This document shows, in pieces, positions 13,872 through 27,370 of a stretch of DNA of 64,000 bases. The notes beneath the pieces were generated by a model. It was not told where the DNA came from and did not search any database. It saw only the letters and a list, made by a program, of their open reading frames with translations. The translations under genes were made by a program, and so were the position numbers. Source of the stretch: Lophium mytilinum (lineage: Eukaryota). Positions within the stretch are counted from its first letter, which is position 1; every line of letters starts with the position of its first letter. The stretch spans positions 703,334 through 767,333 of the forward strand of contig MU004185.1 in the NCBI GenBank assembly GCA_010093605.1. The letters are read 5' to 3'.

Positions 13872-16204
13872 ATGTCTACTCCCGAGTATTCGAAGCTGCG
13901 GGCTCAGCGCGACGAGTCCCCTGACGATGCGCGGCTCACCCCCGACCCCGACTTCTTTTCAGGAGACGAGGACCACTACGATGATGGTCGACCCTCTGCG
14001 GACATGGCCGCGCATGACCGGGGTATACTTGAAGAGGAAGAGGAGCGGGAAACACTGCTGAGCCGCGAGGGGAGCAAAGGAAAGTTTCCTGCGCTGTTCC
14101 GCTCTGGCAAGAGTACTGGGGATGCTGTAAAGATTGGAGGACTGGAACGGAAGCGGCTCAAGAGGCAGGCAAGACGAGAACGCAAGGGAGCTCGTAATGG
14201 AGAGTCCAGCGAACTGATGTATGAGATGGAGGAAGGCGTTGGCCGGTCAGATTCGGAGTTGTCCTCGAGAAACTCATCGCAATCAGACCAACAGCGACTT
14301 GAAGCCGTACTCGCCCATAAGAAGGTAAGTTACCAGACCTCTTAGGTGCATTCAGGGCTAATGGAACAAATAGGAGCGTCGAACCCGCATTTGGAGACGA
14401 GTCCTCATACACTCTTCTATCATCGTTCTCTTTCTCATAATCCTCTTCGTTGCTTACAGAGCATCTAAACGCTCCAGCGTTAAGTACACCGCCAGCCTCC
14501 TTTCGAATGGTACCCATAACTTCGCTCCTACCACTATCCTCATTTCCCTCGACGGCTTCCGGGCCGACTTCCTATACCGTGGTCTCACCCCTACTTTGAC
14601 CAAGTTCGTCCAAGGAGGCATCTCCCCGAAGTACATGACGCCGTCTTTCCCGAGCGTTACTTTCCCAAATCATTACACAATGGTTACGGGGCTATATCCG
14701 GAGGCTCATGGCATCGTGGGAAATACCTTTTGGGACGTCGATCTCCAAAAAGAGTTCTACTACACAGATCCAGACAAGAGCTTGCAGTCATTCTGGTGGG
14801 GAGGAGAACCAGTATGGCTCACTGCAGAGAAGCAAGGAGTGCGGACCGCCATACATATGTGGCCTGGCTCCGAAGCCCATATCGGTGACATTGAGCCAGC
14901 CCATGTGGACAAGTACAATGGCTCTGAAGTGCTGTCTCGAAAGACGGACAGGATATTTGATTTCTTGGACTTGCCTGGACCAGACAGTCCTGCAGCGAAA
15001 GTAGACCTGCCGCGGCCCCAGCTCATCGCGGCATATGTGCCAGATGTAGACGGAGATGGCCACCAGTATGGCCCGAACAGCACGGAAATCCGTCAGACTA
15101 TCATGAATGTCGATGATATGCTGGAGCAGATCCTCCAAGGCCTTCAGCAGCGCAATCTTACGGAAATCGTGAACGTGATTGTCGTTTCTGACCACGGAAT
15201 GGCGACAACGGACGTTGAACGGCTGATTCAGCTCGAAGATTTGGTAGACCCTGAGGAACTCGAGCATATCGATGGATGGCCTCTCTACGGCTTACGTCCA
15301 AAGAAACCAGAAGACCTAGACCGTCTTCACATACAACTCCAAGAGAAGGCGAAGACGAACCCCAACATTGAGGTATACCTCCGTGATAAGGACATGCCAG
15401 AACGATACCACTTCTCACAGAACGAGCGTATCGCGCCATTGTGGATAGTGCCCAAGACCGGTTGGGCTATTGTCACGAAGGACGAGTTTGATGTCGAACA
15501 GGGGAAGCTAAACGGAGACGTGTATCACCCTCGAGGACTTCACGGCTACGATCACGAGCATCCTCTCATGAGAGCTATCTTCGTTGCCAGGGGGCCAGCG
15601 TTCCCACATAAGCCCAACAGCCGTCTCGAGCCTTTCCGTAAGTCCAGCTCTAATGCCAACTTTAGAGGAAAATATTAATGAATACTTAGAAAACATCGAG
15701 CTCTACAACATCGTCTGTGATTCCATCGGCATCGAGCCGAAGCCAAACAATGGAACCATGCGCCTGCCACTTAAACCCGCGGGCCTGCATTCAGACCACG
15801 GTACACCTGAGGACGAGACCCCGGCTGATCCAGTGGGATCTCCTGCAAGCAGTGCCATCTCTCCGAGTTCCGTGCCGGTAAAGAGCGTCTCTACCTCTTA
15901 CACAGTAGCACCCGTCGGCGTAACGTCTGGTGTCCCCGAAACTCCTGTTCTCCAAGCCACTCCTTCAGCCTCGGACGCTCAGGACGCACCAGCGACCCCG
16001 GTAATGCCCTCTGTAGGCCTACCTACAACTCCTCCACCCGCCCCTCCCAGCACGCCAGTGGCCACTCCCACCAAGGAACCCTGGTGGGAGTGGGTGCACG
16101 ACAAGATCGAGGACGTCGAGGAATGGGTGGATGATTTACTGCACCCGACGGAAACGCCCGCCAACGGCGGACACGGTGGTGCATACAAAACAGACACCCC
16201 TTGA
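13872..16204 (+). CDS. NPP1: Ectonucleotide pyrophosphatase/phosphodiesterase (type II membrane protein)
   Basis: TM helix followed by ISLDGFRAD, the catalytic-Thr motif FPSVTFPNHYT, VSDHGM and HGYDHEHPLMRAIFVARGPAF; two introns. Confidence 0.92.
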
Positions 16205-17107
16205 TTTTAGACATTTGAATTCATGCGCGACTCGGTTTGGGGGCGTTTGGTTTTGCTTACGTAGATTTCTGTTGCTGATACCCTCCTATTCATACTCTAT
16301 CGCGCAATTGAACATTATGGTATCTTTTACCTAGCTGTATATCGTCTTGTGATGTTCAAATCTTGCTTCAAATATGTGAATAACTCTGTGACTGGAATGT
16401 GCACTCCAACTGCACCGAACAAAAACTCACTGGGACTGACGATCACGGGATTCATTCACTGTTGGTTAACTTGGTTCATTTCACCTAAAGAATGCCCCCG
16501 ACGAACTTTACACAGCAGGCAGGGCAGGTCAAATTTGCTCCGACTGATATTAGAATTTGGATATGTAGTGGGTGTCAAAAGGCCTGAAAGACTAGGTACG
16601 CAACCAGAAGGAGCTGTCGACACAGTTAGAATTAGGTCTTTAAATTATAGTATATGCAGACATACACAGAGGGTGCTTCAATGAGGTTGAGACGGTGGCA
16701 AAACGTTCCACGCCGAGGTCCAAGTTAAACGTCGCTAGACAGTGTAATTGTCCAGCATATCACTTCAAGGTTTCTAGGGCGTTTCAAGGTCGTATCTACT
16801 TTTAAATTACTACCGTTTTGGTGTACTGAAACGTAAGCTTGACGGCGTCACATACTCGAGCTGCCCTTCTGCAAGCTTGAAGGATACATTATCCCTAGCC
16901 TTCTTTGGCAAGGTGGGCTCCCGGATTTTGATATACAAAACTCGTATGACTCAGTGACTTCGTGTGGTGCTGTTCGAACTCGTGGTTCGTATGAGCCTAG
17001 CCATTAAAGTAGACTGTTCCTCTCAGGTCGCTGCCACGACTTTCCTCTTTTCAAATATTATGGCCAGATACCAATAGTCTTGAAATCACCGAATTGCATG
17101 TTTCGTC

Positions 17108-19768
17108 TTAATCGTCCTCAATATCGTCGTCACTGAGCACTAGCTTCGCAACATCGCTTTCTACGGCTGACGTAGGTATCATGGACTCGTTCTTCACAAT
17201 AGTACCCTGACCAGGTCTTCGCGATTTCCTCCCTTGGGCAGTCGGAGGATCAGTACTCCATTGCTCAACATCCGTGTTCCCGTCGTCGTCATCTAGAGCT
17301 TCCTCGCTGGACCCACCGATGCCATGAAACGCGGTCACTTTCTCAACCTCTCTCAAGCTACCCGACTTGGTCGCTGATATCCGGTTCCGCATAACGAGCG
17401 CAATGTAGGGTAGACGTTCGAGCAGCATCTCATGCTTAGCCGAGCTGCCGCTTCCAAGAAGTACGGAGCTTGGCTCTTCCTCTGTCTTAGTTCTCGATGG
17501 CTGATCTGATCGGGTTTCAGTGCTACGTGATACCGATCCGTTCCTTCTCCAGGACTCGACACCGCCAACCTTACTGTCTCTTTTCTTGACCTGCTCAAGG
17601 AGGGGAGCGAATAGCTGACCACTCTGAGCTCGGCCAATCCACATATCAAGCAAGCCCTCGATCTCCTCTCTTTGTCGCCAGATCCGGAGAGACGTAGGGT
17701 AGAACATGGAGAAGGCACTAGTTCTACTACCCGTTTTCCCTTTACTGCTTGCTGTTCCAGGAGGCGGTGTGATCCGTTTGACTGGAGATGGTAGGCTGAA
17801 GAGCAGGCCGCGAACACTGACCTGGAAACTGAGCTCGTCCTGGCGCAGGTTGTCCGCGGTCGTTCCTTGGAACGTAAGCCTCGCGGCCGCACCAGATCCG
17901 AATCTGTCGGGTGAAAGCAGGTCTGCGTCCGAGAGAGCGTCGATGCATCCGTTGATGGAGTCCATGGTATCTTCAGGGCTACCGCCATCGCACGATAGCA
18001 GGTAGTTCTCGTGCAAAGCTGCAATGAACGTCTGAATATCCGTCCCGAGGTCATCTATCAACTCGTCTACGTGGACCTGCGACAGCTTCGGCCTCCGAAG
18101 CTCCGGAAAGTAATTTGGTGGTTGAGGAATGGGCTCGCTGGTGGTGTTGGGTGCGTCCCGCTTGTTGTGGACAACTTTGCCAACAGCATGAAAGATGCCA
18201 AGAGTGCTCTCACGCTGAGTGATTATTTCGAGCGATTCTTGCTCCATCTTTGTGAGCGTGGTATCCCGTCCACTCTTCTTTGGCTTCGTGAAAGCGACTT
18301 TTGCACCCCATCCGTCTTGATCGTCCCCGCGAACGCAGAGAAATTCGAGCGAGGACACCGCGCTCCGGATATCACCAACCTCTGACAGCCGTTGGATTAC
18401 TTGAGGTCCGGCAGTTTTCCGTCTACCCGTCTTCCGTGCTTCTTTCTTCACAACAAGCTCCAGAGCCTTCGCCATAAGTGTCGGAGCAATTGGGTTGAAT
18501 TCTATGGTTGTTACGGCTGGATGGTTCAATATTTCAGGTCCAAGTAGACGATGCGCAGTGAAGCTATCAGCGGCAGCCGTGTTAGTAGAGAGAAGCGTCT
18601 CAGAGATTATCAGAATCATTGGAGTTACAGGATGATTAAGGTCTTTTTGTCTAGCAAGGAATGCTCCCATTGAAGGGGTATTCACGGCCAGGAACTGTTG
18701 GATAGATGATCGAAAGGCCTGCACACTTGCAGACGAAGGGGTGAATGTATTCGGAAATTCCTCGACGATAATGACCTCCTTTTCTCGTCCTTTTTTCATG
18801 GCTGGTTCTGGCTTCGCTTGCGGTTGTACCGTGTCTTGAAACTGCAGGCTCCCAAACTTCCCGGTCCGACCGATGAAGTCTTCGAACTGTGCTGTCATGG
18901 AAACGGCCCCGGCTCCGAAGGCAGTATTTGCGGGATTCTTCCATTCGTGTGCCATAAATCCGAGATCATCGGCAAGGAGGGACATTGTGGTAGTCTTGCC
19001 GCTTCCTGCAGGCCCTTTAAGGAGCAGAAGTCTCTTGCGCTCTCTGCCTTCGAAGACATCATGCAGCCACTTGCGAACGTCCAACACCTTTCGCTTATGG
19101 ACCGCTAATTCGTCAAGATTCATAGGTTCGTATCGCTCCGTCCATGGCCTCTGATCGGCCACCTCGAGAATCGGAGGCAGAGGCAATGGGGCAGCTCCAC
19201 GGGTCCCCTTCTGTGTTTTCAGGAACTTCTGGCTGCCGGCTGGAGTGCCTTCGCCATCTCCACTCAATCCCTCTCCCAACGTGTTCCGTGCGCGTTTCCG
19301 TAGAGCTAAAGCTGTTACTGATTCGGTCTTGATATCAGAGATTCTGACAGGTCCTTCGTCCGAGGAGTCCTGAATAAAGTCTTCATCTTCATCTGCAGGC
19401 AGAGCAGCACTCTTGCCCAAATTTGGAGGCGGTATGCTCTGTTGGCGTTGCGGAATGGCGCTGAAGAAGGACGATATAGGTTTGTGTATTGGTTTCGGTT
19501 TGGCAGGAGACTTGGAAGGCGATTTCTTGGGCTGCGAGGGCCGCAACGGTCTTGCAGAGGAGGCTTCCTGGGTGGTAGCCGGTGTCGACAGCGATGATGA
19601 GGGCAGTCGGCCCGACGAGGTGCGGAGTGACTGTGTGCTTCGCGAGTTGCTCTTCGTAGCTCGGGTCTCCGTCACAGGTCCCTTAGAGGGCCGTTGCGGA
19701 GAGAGAGGGACATCGGATCCATCCTCGTCGGACAAGACGATTGGCTGTCTCCTGGCCGCTCGCGGCAT
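17108..19768 (-). CDS. RAD17: Checkpoint clamp loader Rad17 (S. cerevisiae Rad24)
   Basis: 886-aa intronless ORF: PWTERYEP, LAVHKRKV, Walker A GPAGSGKTTT, IIVEEFP, GDIRSAVSSLEF, LGIFHAVGKV. Confidence 0.93.
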   Translation of the reverse strand: MPRAARRQPIVLSDEDGSDVPLSPQRPSKGPVTETRATKSNSRSTQSLRTSSGRLPSSSLSTPATTQEASSARPLRPSQPKKSPSKSPAKPKPIHKPISSFFSAIPQRQQSIPPPNLGKSAALPADEDEDFIQDSSDEGPVRISDIKTESVTALALRKRARNTLGEGLSGDGEGTPAGSQKFLKTQKGTRGAAPLPLPPILEVADQRPWTERYEPMNLDELAVHKRKVLDVRKWLHDVFEGRERKRLLLLKGPAGSGKTTTMSLLADDLGFMAHEWKNPANTAFGAGAVSMTAQFEDFIGRTGKFGSLQFQDTVQPQAKPEPAMKKGREKEVIIVEEFPNTFTPSSASVQAFRSSIQQFLAVNTPSMGAFLARQKDLNHPVTPMILIISETLLSTNTAAADSFTAHRLLGPEILNHPAVTTIEFNPIAPTLMAKALELVVKKEARKTGRRKTAGPQVIQRLSEVGDIRSAVSSLEFLCVRGDDQDGWGAKVAFTKPKKSGRDTTLTKMEQESLEIITQRESTLGIFHAVGKVVHNKRDAPNTTSEPIPQPPNYFPELRRPKLSQVHVDELIDDLGTDIQTFIAALHENYLLSCDGGSPEDTMDSINGCIDALSDADLLSPDRFGSGAAARLTFQGTTADNLRQDELSFQVSVRGLLFSLPSPVKRITPPPGTASSKGKTGSRTSAFSMFYPTSLRIWRQREEIEGLLDMWIGRAQSGQLFAPLLEQVKKRDSKVGGVESWRRNGSVSRSTETRSDQPSRTKTEEEPSSVLLGSGSSAKHEMLLERLPYIALVMRNRISATKSGSLREVEKVTAFHGIGGSSEEALDDDDGNTDVEQWSTDPPTAQGRKSRRPGQGTIVKNESMIPTSAVESDVAKLVLSDDDIEDD

Positions 19769-20926
19769 GCTGCCGCCGTGGATTCGAATTCGGGTTCGTG
19801 CAGGGGGGCATCGTTGAGCCGGCCGATCTGCGTGGGCGGAAGAGCGGCTTCACGGCTTCACGACTTCACGGCGTCACGGCTTGGCGTGCAGGTGAGGCTG
19901 GAGGGCGCGTGAATTGCAACCTTGCAATCGGCTGGTTGGATTCGCGCTTGGACGTCCATTGCGCCGGGTCTTCTAGTGGCGTCCGGCCCGCTGGGAGCCG
20001 CCTCCTCTAACGTGCCGTGCCAGCACCACTCCTTCGTGGCCCCACCCCCCTCACTTCCGCCCTTCACGGCCTCGTGCAACAGCTGGACATGTATATCCAG
20101 TACCGCCTGCCCTTCAATGATCATCACGCTACGCGCGTCATAGAGGTACCGAAGGTCCGCGCTCAACCGCCTCAAGCGGTGCTCCAACAGCAGCAACAGG
20201 CCCATCACGAGTCTCTCGCAACATCCTCACTTCCAAAGTGCTCGCTCTTGGCATGCCAGCGCGCCGGCGACCGTGCTGCTAGGGGCTGCATGCGTGGCTC
20301 CTCCAGCATGAGCTGCGGTTCCCGGGCTGCTCGAGCCGCGCTCTCGACCACCAACCGAGCGACTCCACGCGTCCAACTCTGATTTTTGACTTCCCTCTAG
20401 CTGCTCGGCCACGCGATGACCGTTGCCACCTGTTTGCCGTTTGGTAAGGCCTCCGTATTACCTGCAATCAAGTCCGTTTTAGTCTTTCCGTGCCACCTCC
20501 CATTAGCTGGTCGACCCTGTTTGTGGCAGTTAGCGCCAGTCGCCTATCTCAGTCTCATCATTGCTTCGTCTTTCCGGACTGTTTTGCCTCATTACTCCGC
20601 CCGTTGGCATTGAAACACATGACCAACATGCATGTCTAGCTCTATGGCTCCATCCTTCAACTCCCTGGCATCATGCCATTGGGACATCTGGGCCAGTCGC
20701 AGCGTCTTCTGAGCGCAGGGCTGTAGCCTCATATCTTCTGTCAAACCAATTTTCTTCCTTCAAGTGCTTGTGTCTGTGACTTTGCTTGGTCGGAATCTTG
20801 CACCACTACTCGTCTCACATCTAATATATACTACTCGTCCCGAGGACAAACACTTGACATAACCATCGCTTTGTCCTCCCAAGCTTCCGACACCTGCAAC
20901 GGATTGGGCACTGAAGTTTAGCAAAC

Positions 20927-23900
20927 ATGGCGAAAGCAAAGAAGGGTAAGGGCAAAGGGCCCAAAAACGCTTCGCAGCAATCTAAATGGACGTCCCCACC
21001 CCCTAGCCCGACGCTGTCTTCGAAATTACCAGATCTCTCGGAAGAACTTCCTTCTTCGCCCCCTTCCGTTCCATCTACCCCTACACCAGCACCGTCTGTG
21101 CCCTCACCGAGTCTTGCTAAGCAAGATCCAGTCCCTGTTCGAAATCCTTCCGAACCGTCACCAGAGGCCTCGGTGTGCCAGGAAGAGACTGGGGCCCCGC
21201 CCACCGAAGAGTCGAAAGAAGCCGACGACTCTACAGACACGGTTGATAACTCTGAAAAGGCGATCGAAGAGTCTACGAACACGTACGACGACGCTACAAA
21301 ACCAGACGACGACCCTACAAAACTGGACGACGACTCTACAAAAACGGACGACACCTATACAACAGCCGTCGAAGAGTCTACAAAGACCGACGACGACTCT
21401 ACGAAAACTGTCGAAGAGTCTACGATACCGAAAGACACCACCCACGAGCAACCGGTGACTCTAGAAGCCCCCGAACAATCTACTGTTCCTCCAAGTAGTG
21501 ACGTAGTCTCGACACCTAAGATACCTGAAGCACCTGACGCGCCTGAAGCATCCGAAGCACCTGAAGCCCCTGAAGTACCCGAAGCACCCGAAGCCCCTGA
21601 AGCCCCTGAAGCACCCGAAGCACCCGAAGCACCGATCGTAAAGAACAGCGTAGCAACGCCTGAGGACCCCGTGGCAGCGGAAGAGACACCCGCCACCGAC
21701 GAGAGCGAAGAGGTACCGGATAAAACAGAGGAACCGAAACCACGCGCACCATCTCCACCTCCCAGTGCAACTCGAGAACCACCTCGGCGCAAGCAATCTG
21801 AGATCGCACGCCGCGACGAGCCGCGCCACTCGATCGAGCCAACGAGGGAGAGGCCTTTAGACTTCCAGGCTCGCCCCTCCGGTCTATCTCGGCTGCCTTC
21901 CCAGCCTCAATTTCAACACCAATTTGCAAGCAGAGTTCCTTCGGAACAGTACTCCACACCTCCGACATCAAATTACCAGCCGAGATATTTCTCTCATACA
22001 CCTCCTAGCGCCCCGCCTTACTATCACCCGATGTCCCCACAAAACGGCTACGCCAACGGCACTCCGTACCCCATGCAGCCGCAGCATCCCTCTCCGAGTC
22101 CTTACCACAACCATTATGGAAGCTTCAGTTCTCCCTTCGATCCCTTTTCAAACAGCCCTCCACCAATGCTACGTCATGACTCGGTCGCATCAAGAGGAAG
22201 CAACAGTCTTGAGCATTACCAAGGTTCAGGCCTGGATGGCAACTCAGCAATCGAGGATGAATCCGGAGACCTATTTTCTCGGATATCGTCTGCAATTCCC
22301 GACCTTCACTTGTTACTGACTCGTTACAAAGAGACACACGGTCAACTCGGATTGCGCGAAGAACTCAATCGAAGAGCCGAAATGCAGCAAGCCGAAACTA
22401 TCAAGCGCAAAGATGACCATATCGACCATCTGACTAAGGAGCTCGACGCAGAGAAGGAGAAACGGGACTCAGATAGGACGAAACACAGATTGGAGCTCGG
22501 AAACCAGGACGAAAATCTGAGGGAATTCAGGGATCGGATTGCTGGGTTCGAGCGAAACAAAGCTGAAGTCGAAAAAGCGAAGGCTGCTCTTGAAGCCGAC
22601 CGCGTAGCATTGGAATCGTCGAAAGTGGACATGGAAAAGCGTCTGCTAGAAGAGTTTGAGAGCTGGAAATCGAAACCTCACGAGCCCTGCAGAGAAGAGC
22701 AGATTGCGCTGGCCGTTCAATTCGATAAAAGCCTGAATGAACAGGAGCGTGCGGCTGAGGCTAAAAGGGTCGAGGCAGAGGAAAACTTTACGAAGCAAAA
22801 AAGCGAAATGGTCGCCGAGTTCGAGAGCCAAAAGCTAGCGATTGAGTCAGAGTTCGAGAATGTCAGGAAAGAGATTGAGGCCAAGTTGACTGCTATCCAG
22901 AAGGACCTTGAAGACGCTCTACAGAAAGAGCAAGAGGGTCGGGAATCTTGGATTGCAGAGCGTGAGACTCTTATCAAGGAACATGGCGAGGAAATTGAGA
23001 CCCGCCAAAAGCAATGGGAGGAAGAGACTACAGCCCTAGCAGCTCAGCACACGAAGGAGAAAGAAGAGGCGGAAAAAGCGTGGACTGAAAGGCAAGCAGA
23101 TGCGACAAAAAAGCTAGAAGAGGAGCAGGCAAAAGCGGAGCAGCTCTTGATAGAGAGGGACGAGCTGCAGAAGACCTTGGATGCAGAGAAGCAGCAATTT
23201 GCAAGGGAGAAAGATGAACTTCAAAAAACTTTAGATGAAGAGAAGCAGCAGTTTGCAAAGGAGAAGGATGAACTTCAGAAGAGTGTAGACATCGAAAAGG
23301 AGCTGACAGATAAAGAGAAGGCCGTGAACGAGGAGCTTGCAAAGGGAATAGATCAGCTTCAGAAGAGCTTGGATGATGAGAAGGCGCAGGCTGTTAAGGA
23401 AATGGAAGAATTCCAGCAACGTCTGGATGATGAGAAGGCGCAGGCTGTCAAGGAAATGGAAGGATTTCAGCAGCGTCTGGACGAGGAGAAAGAGAAGTCC
23501 TCGAAGGACACGGCGGACCTGCAGCAACGCCTGGACGAGCAAAAGGAAACGTCTTTGAAGGAGTTGCATGATCTTCAGCAAGTCTTGGATGTAGAGAGAG
23601 CCAAGTTCGAGACCGACAAAGCAGAGCACGAAAAGCGCATCGAAGAACTAGAGGGACGTGTCAAGGAGGCAACCGAGATCCAGAAGCAGCTGACCGACGA
23701 GAAAGCTGCGCATGAGCAAGATCTTGATGTCATCAAGAGTGTCGCGGCAAATTTGGAGGCAGAGAAGGCAAGGTTGGAGAAGCTGGCCGAGAGTTACGGA
23801 GGCATCTCGGACATCAAAAGTAAGGGAGACGCATTCTAGTAAGTTTTCCCTTGTCGCCCTTGGAAGTCATCGGAGATGAACGCTATGGTTCTGAGCAAGT

Positions 23901-25806
23901 CAACAATAAGGGGTATTTTGCAAGCTACACAGCTTTCGCGTGTGGCGGAATCACATCTAAGAACGTGCCCAGTTTTCTTCTACCGACTGTACTGTTGGGG
24001 GTCATGTCCCGTATCGGTTAGCACCACCAATCCATTGTAGTTCGAATGCTTCCGCAGTGTATATCTTCCTATGACAAATGCTGACCATTCTTGTCTCTCA
24101 TCAGCCTAGATTCATTCAGCCAACTCTCGAAACAAATACTGGATCTTTCCAAATCTCATTTCGCACACCTACCCGTCGTTCCTCCTGCGGACGTCCTAGC
24201 TACTATTCCTCCCGGACTTCCGTCCTTCCTTGGAGACTCTGAAGCCTCCCGTCAGCTGCGTACCGCCTATATTGCGCACACCGTCTCCAATTTAATCACC
24301 TTCCGCGTATTTACACCCTTCCTCTTTAGCTTGGGACGCCGCTACGACAAGGCAGACGGTCTGTTCACTTCAATGAGCAGTCACCTTCGCGGGAAAAGTA
24401 CTCGAAAGGAAGCAGTCTGGAGGCAAAATACCCTCGTTGCTGCGTTCACTAGTAGCGGTGCAAAGCAGCGCATTAACTCTGCGGCTGGCTCCGTCGTCGA
24501 GGAGGTCGTTAACGCCATCAAGCACTTCACAGCGCCAGTGGAAGAAGAGCAAATTAGACATGCCGTCAGACGCATCGTCAAACTGGCAGCAGAGACTTGG
24601 CGGCTTGCGCGCCTCGAGCGAGAAATGATCGTTGCCAAAATGCCAGCGGTAGACGACCAAAGCGCAGAAGGGAGTGGAGGGGACATCGAGGGTTCATGGC
24701 CAGCGTACACCTTCGACTCCGCAACCATGCCAGCCATAGAAAACTCTGTCATTTCAGGCTTCCAAGAATCTCCAAAGATGCTCCTTCGATTATTCCCCGT
24801 CATCCAGCGAGAAGCAATTCACGACAGCTTCCGCTTGACAGACCAAGAGAAGGAAGACAAAGGTTGCATCTACAGTCATGGTCTTGCGCTTTACGACGAC
24901 GCCTTTCCAGTGGTATTGAGAGAGCAGGAGCTTCGTCAGGCAGGACTCCCCCAAGCCCCTAGTACCACGTCGTCTTCGGTTAGCGACTTCCCTCCTCCTA
25001 CGATACCTCCTCCCAGGAACCCCCCACCGCCAGTGCCGCAGAGCGAGGCTTCAGATGCGAAGTCCACCGTGACATCGAATTATCGTCGAACGTTGGAACC
25101 GCTACGCACCAGTGACGTGGGTAGTATCAAATCTCGCGACTCGAAAAAGCACGGTACAGATGCAGGAAGCGCCTCTCCAAAATCTCCGTCAGCTTCGCTC
25201 AAATCTGCAAAAAGTGAAAATGCACCACCTCCTCCGACGACTCCGCCTCCACCTCCGCCTCCACCTGCACCCCAGGATGAGGCTGTTGCTGAATCCCCAA
25301 AGAGTGTCAATGCACCGCCTCTACCTCCACTTCAAGATGAGCCCGATTACCCGACACCCCCGAGATCCAGAGCAGGCACACCGCCATCTCCCCTCTTCCC
25401 TGCCACCGACGAAATCGACGGACTGAAACAACATGAATCTCGACCCCCAACTCTAAGTCGACGAAGTTCCCGACCGACCTCATCACGTGGCATTGTTCTA
25501 GACAGCCCAAAAGAGGGTACTAGTTCTCGGCGAGGGAGCGGGTATACCATCAGCAATCGATCCAGTATGGAAATACCCGGCGGCAAGAACTGGCGGACAG
25601 AAAGCCGGAGCGCGGCAATCAAGGGCCTGTATCCTGATTCGCCTCTGGCTGGAAGTCCGCCTTCTGATAGGGCTTATACGCCTTCTTTGAAATCGAATCC
25701 TGCCAAGAGTGAAAGACCGGAGTCTTTGAGAAGGGTTTCGACGGGGAGAGGAGAGGAGCCGAAGTTGGGGGAGGGGCACAAGGGTGATAGGGACCAGAAG
25801 TCGTGA
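20927..25806 (+). CDS. Large (~1,540 aa) Pro-rich / coiled-coil protein of unknown function
   Basis: The 970-aa and 571-aa ORFs join through intron 23839-24104 (GTAAGT...GCTGAC...CAG), which restores the frame (DAF-Y-LDSF). Confidence 0.8.
21226..21632 (+). repeat. Coding tandem repeats: DDSTKT-like units and about 10 copies of a 9-nt (APE) unit
   Basis: gacgactctacaaa-type units and gaagc(a/c)cc(t/c) arrays are visible in the DNA. Confidence 0.85.
23160..23540 (+). repeat. 54-nt (18-aa) coding tandem repeats in the coiled coil
   Basis: ELQKTLDAEKQQFAREKD/ELQKTLDEEKQQFAKEKD and LDDEKAQAVKEMEEFQQR/LDDEKAQAVKEMEGFQQR. Confidence 0.8.
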
Positions 25807-26395
25807 TGCTGATACTGTCCCTTCTCTTGAACTTTCTTTGCAGTCACTCTTTTACTCATTTCCTTTTGTTCTTCATGATTGATGACATAGCATCGTTAGC
25901 GTGCATATTTGCATTATGGTCTGGGTCGTATGTACAACACTATCACATCTTGCATTGGACCGCTTACTACGTTTCAGCATCAGCGATTTTGGTAGTTCGA
26001 GCGAATCCGATTCTTGTAGCATTTGCAGCGGAAGGCGTTTCTTTTGTCGGTCAATGGTAGCAGATGTTTGTTATCTCATGCTTCGTCCTATTCAGTCATA
26101 GCAATAATAGTGTATCGATTAGACAGTGGATTCTAGATACTGCCGTTCATTTCACATTTGAAGTTGGTTGCAACCTTTGACGAATGTTGATTGTGCGATC
26201 CAGCCTGTCGAAGACTACGCAGGGGCTCTACACGTAGTAGATGCTTGGTCGTGTAGCCCGGTCAGGCGAAGACGTTGGTGTATCGTAACATGGTATCATT
26301 GTACGCTGTCTATCCGATGACATCTCATTTTGTAACAGTCAGCACTGTCTCCGCTAATCCGCATCTAATTCTCTCCAAATGATGTAGCAGCGCTA

Positions 26396-27169
26396 TCATC
26401 CGGCACTCTTCTTCTTTTTGTCCTCGATACAATCGATATTGTCCTCGGGTATGTCCTTGTACGTCTCCACAACGTAATCGTAGATATCGTCACTCAAGTC
26501 ACCTTGGACGGTTATCTCCTCGCCGCCGCCTGGAAGCTTGGTCACACTGGACCCAGTCGCGAACTTCTTGCCAAAATCCTTCGCTACCTTCTTCAGTTCC
26601 AATCCATGTGCTTCGAGGCCCTGCACCGCGGTAACGTATTTTCGCTTGTTTCGTTCGATGCGTTTGATGAGGACTTTGGACGTGGCTTTGACCTCCTGAG
26701 CTCGGGCTTCGGCGGCGACTGCTTTGGCGGCTTTCTTTTGGGCGTCTTTGTCGGCACGCTTCTGGGCTTCGAGGGTTAAGGAGGACATGTTGGCGTTGAT
26801 GGCATCTGTAGAAGCGAGTCATACGTCAGCAAAGCGGTCAAGAAAGACATCAAATACTCGGGGAAGAAAGTAGAGCGGTACCTTGTGAGTATAGTCGCTC
26901 ATGCATCTCCGGGTGGTGTGTCTCGAGCCATTCCTCGCACTTTTTGACGGTTCCGCCGAACTCGCAATACTGCAGGAAGACTTGATCAGAAAGGGGGACC
27001 ATATGCATCGAACACCGGGTGCCTACCTACTTCTGGTGGCAGGCTGCATACTGAAAGAATGAGCTTCATTGGATTACGGAGTATGATCTGGGGCGAGCTG
27101 CTTACCGCCGCAATACGTGACTTGTTTGGCATGTGACTCGGACGAACTTGATGCTGCGACTTCTGCCAT
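26396..27169 (-). CDS. TMA22: Translation machinery-associated protein 22 (DENR; SUI1 domain)
   Basis: VTYCG / VCSLPPE / YCEFGGTVKKC exons; IERNKRKYVT...KKFATGSSVTK...ITVQGD. Confidence 0.93.
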
Positions 27170-27370
27170 GGTGCGGTGTTATATGTAATGTAGACTCTTA
27201 AGCTGTGTGTGAGGTGAGGATGTTTAAAACACGGCGGGGCAGATTCCTGAGTTGGCGGGGTCGCCAAGATCTCGCCACGTGACTTGCTCCGCCGTGGTGA
27301 ATTTTGAAGATTTATAAGAGCGTATTATATGAAGATAACAGAACGCCTCTTTGCTTGAAAGTAGTGACCT

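Noticed and set aside
19770..20920. ORFs between RAD17 and the coiled-coil gene
   Set aside because: GC-rich divergent promoter/UTR region with no motif support.
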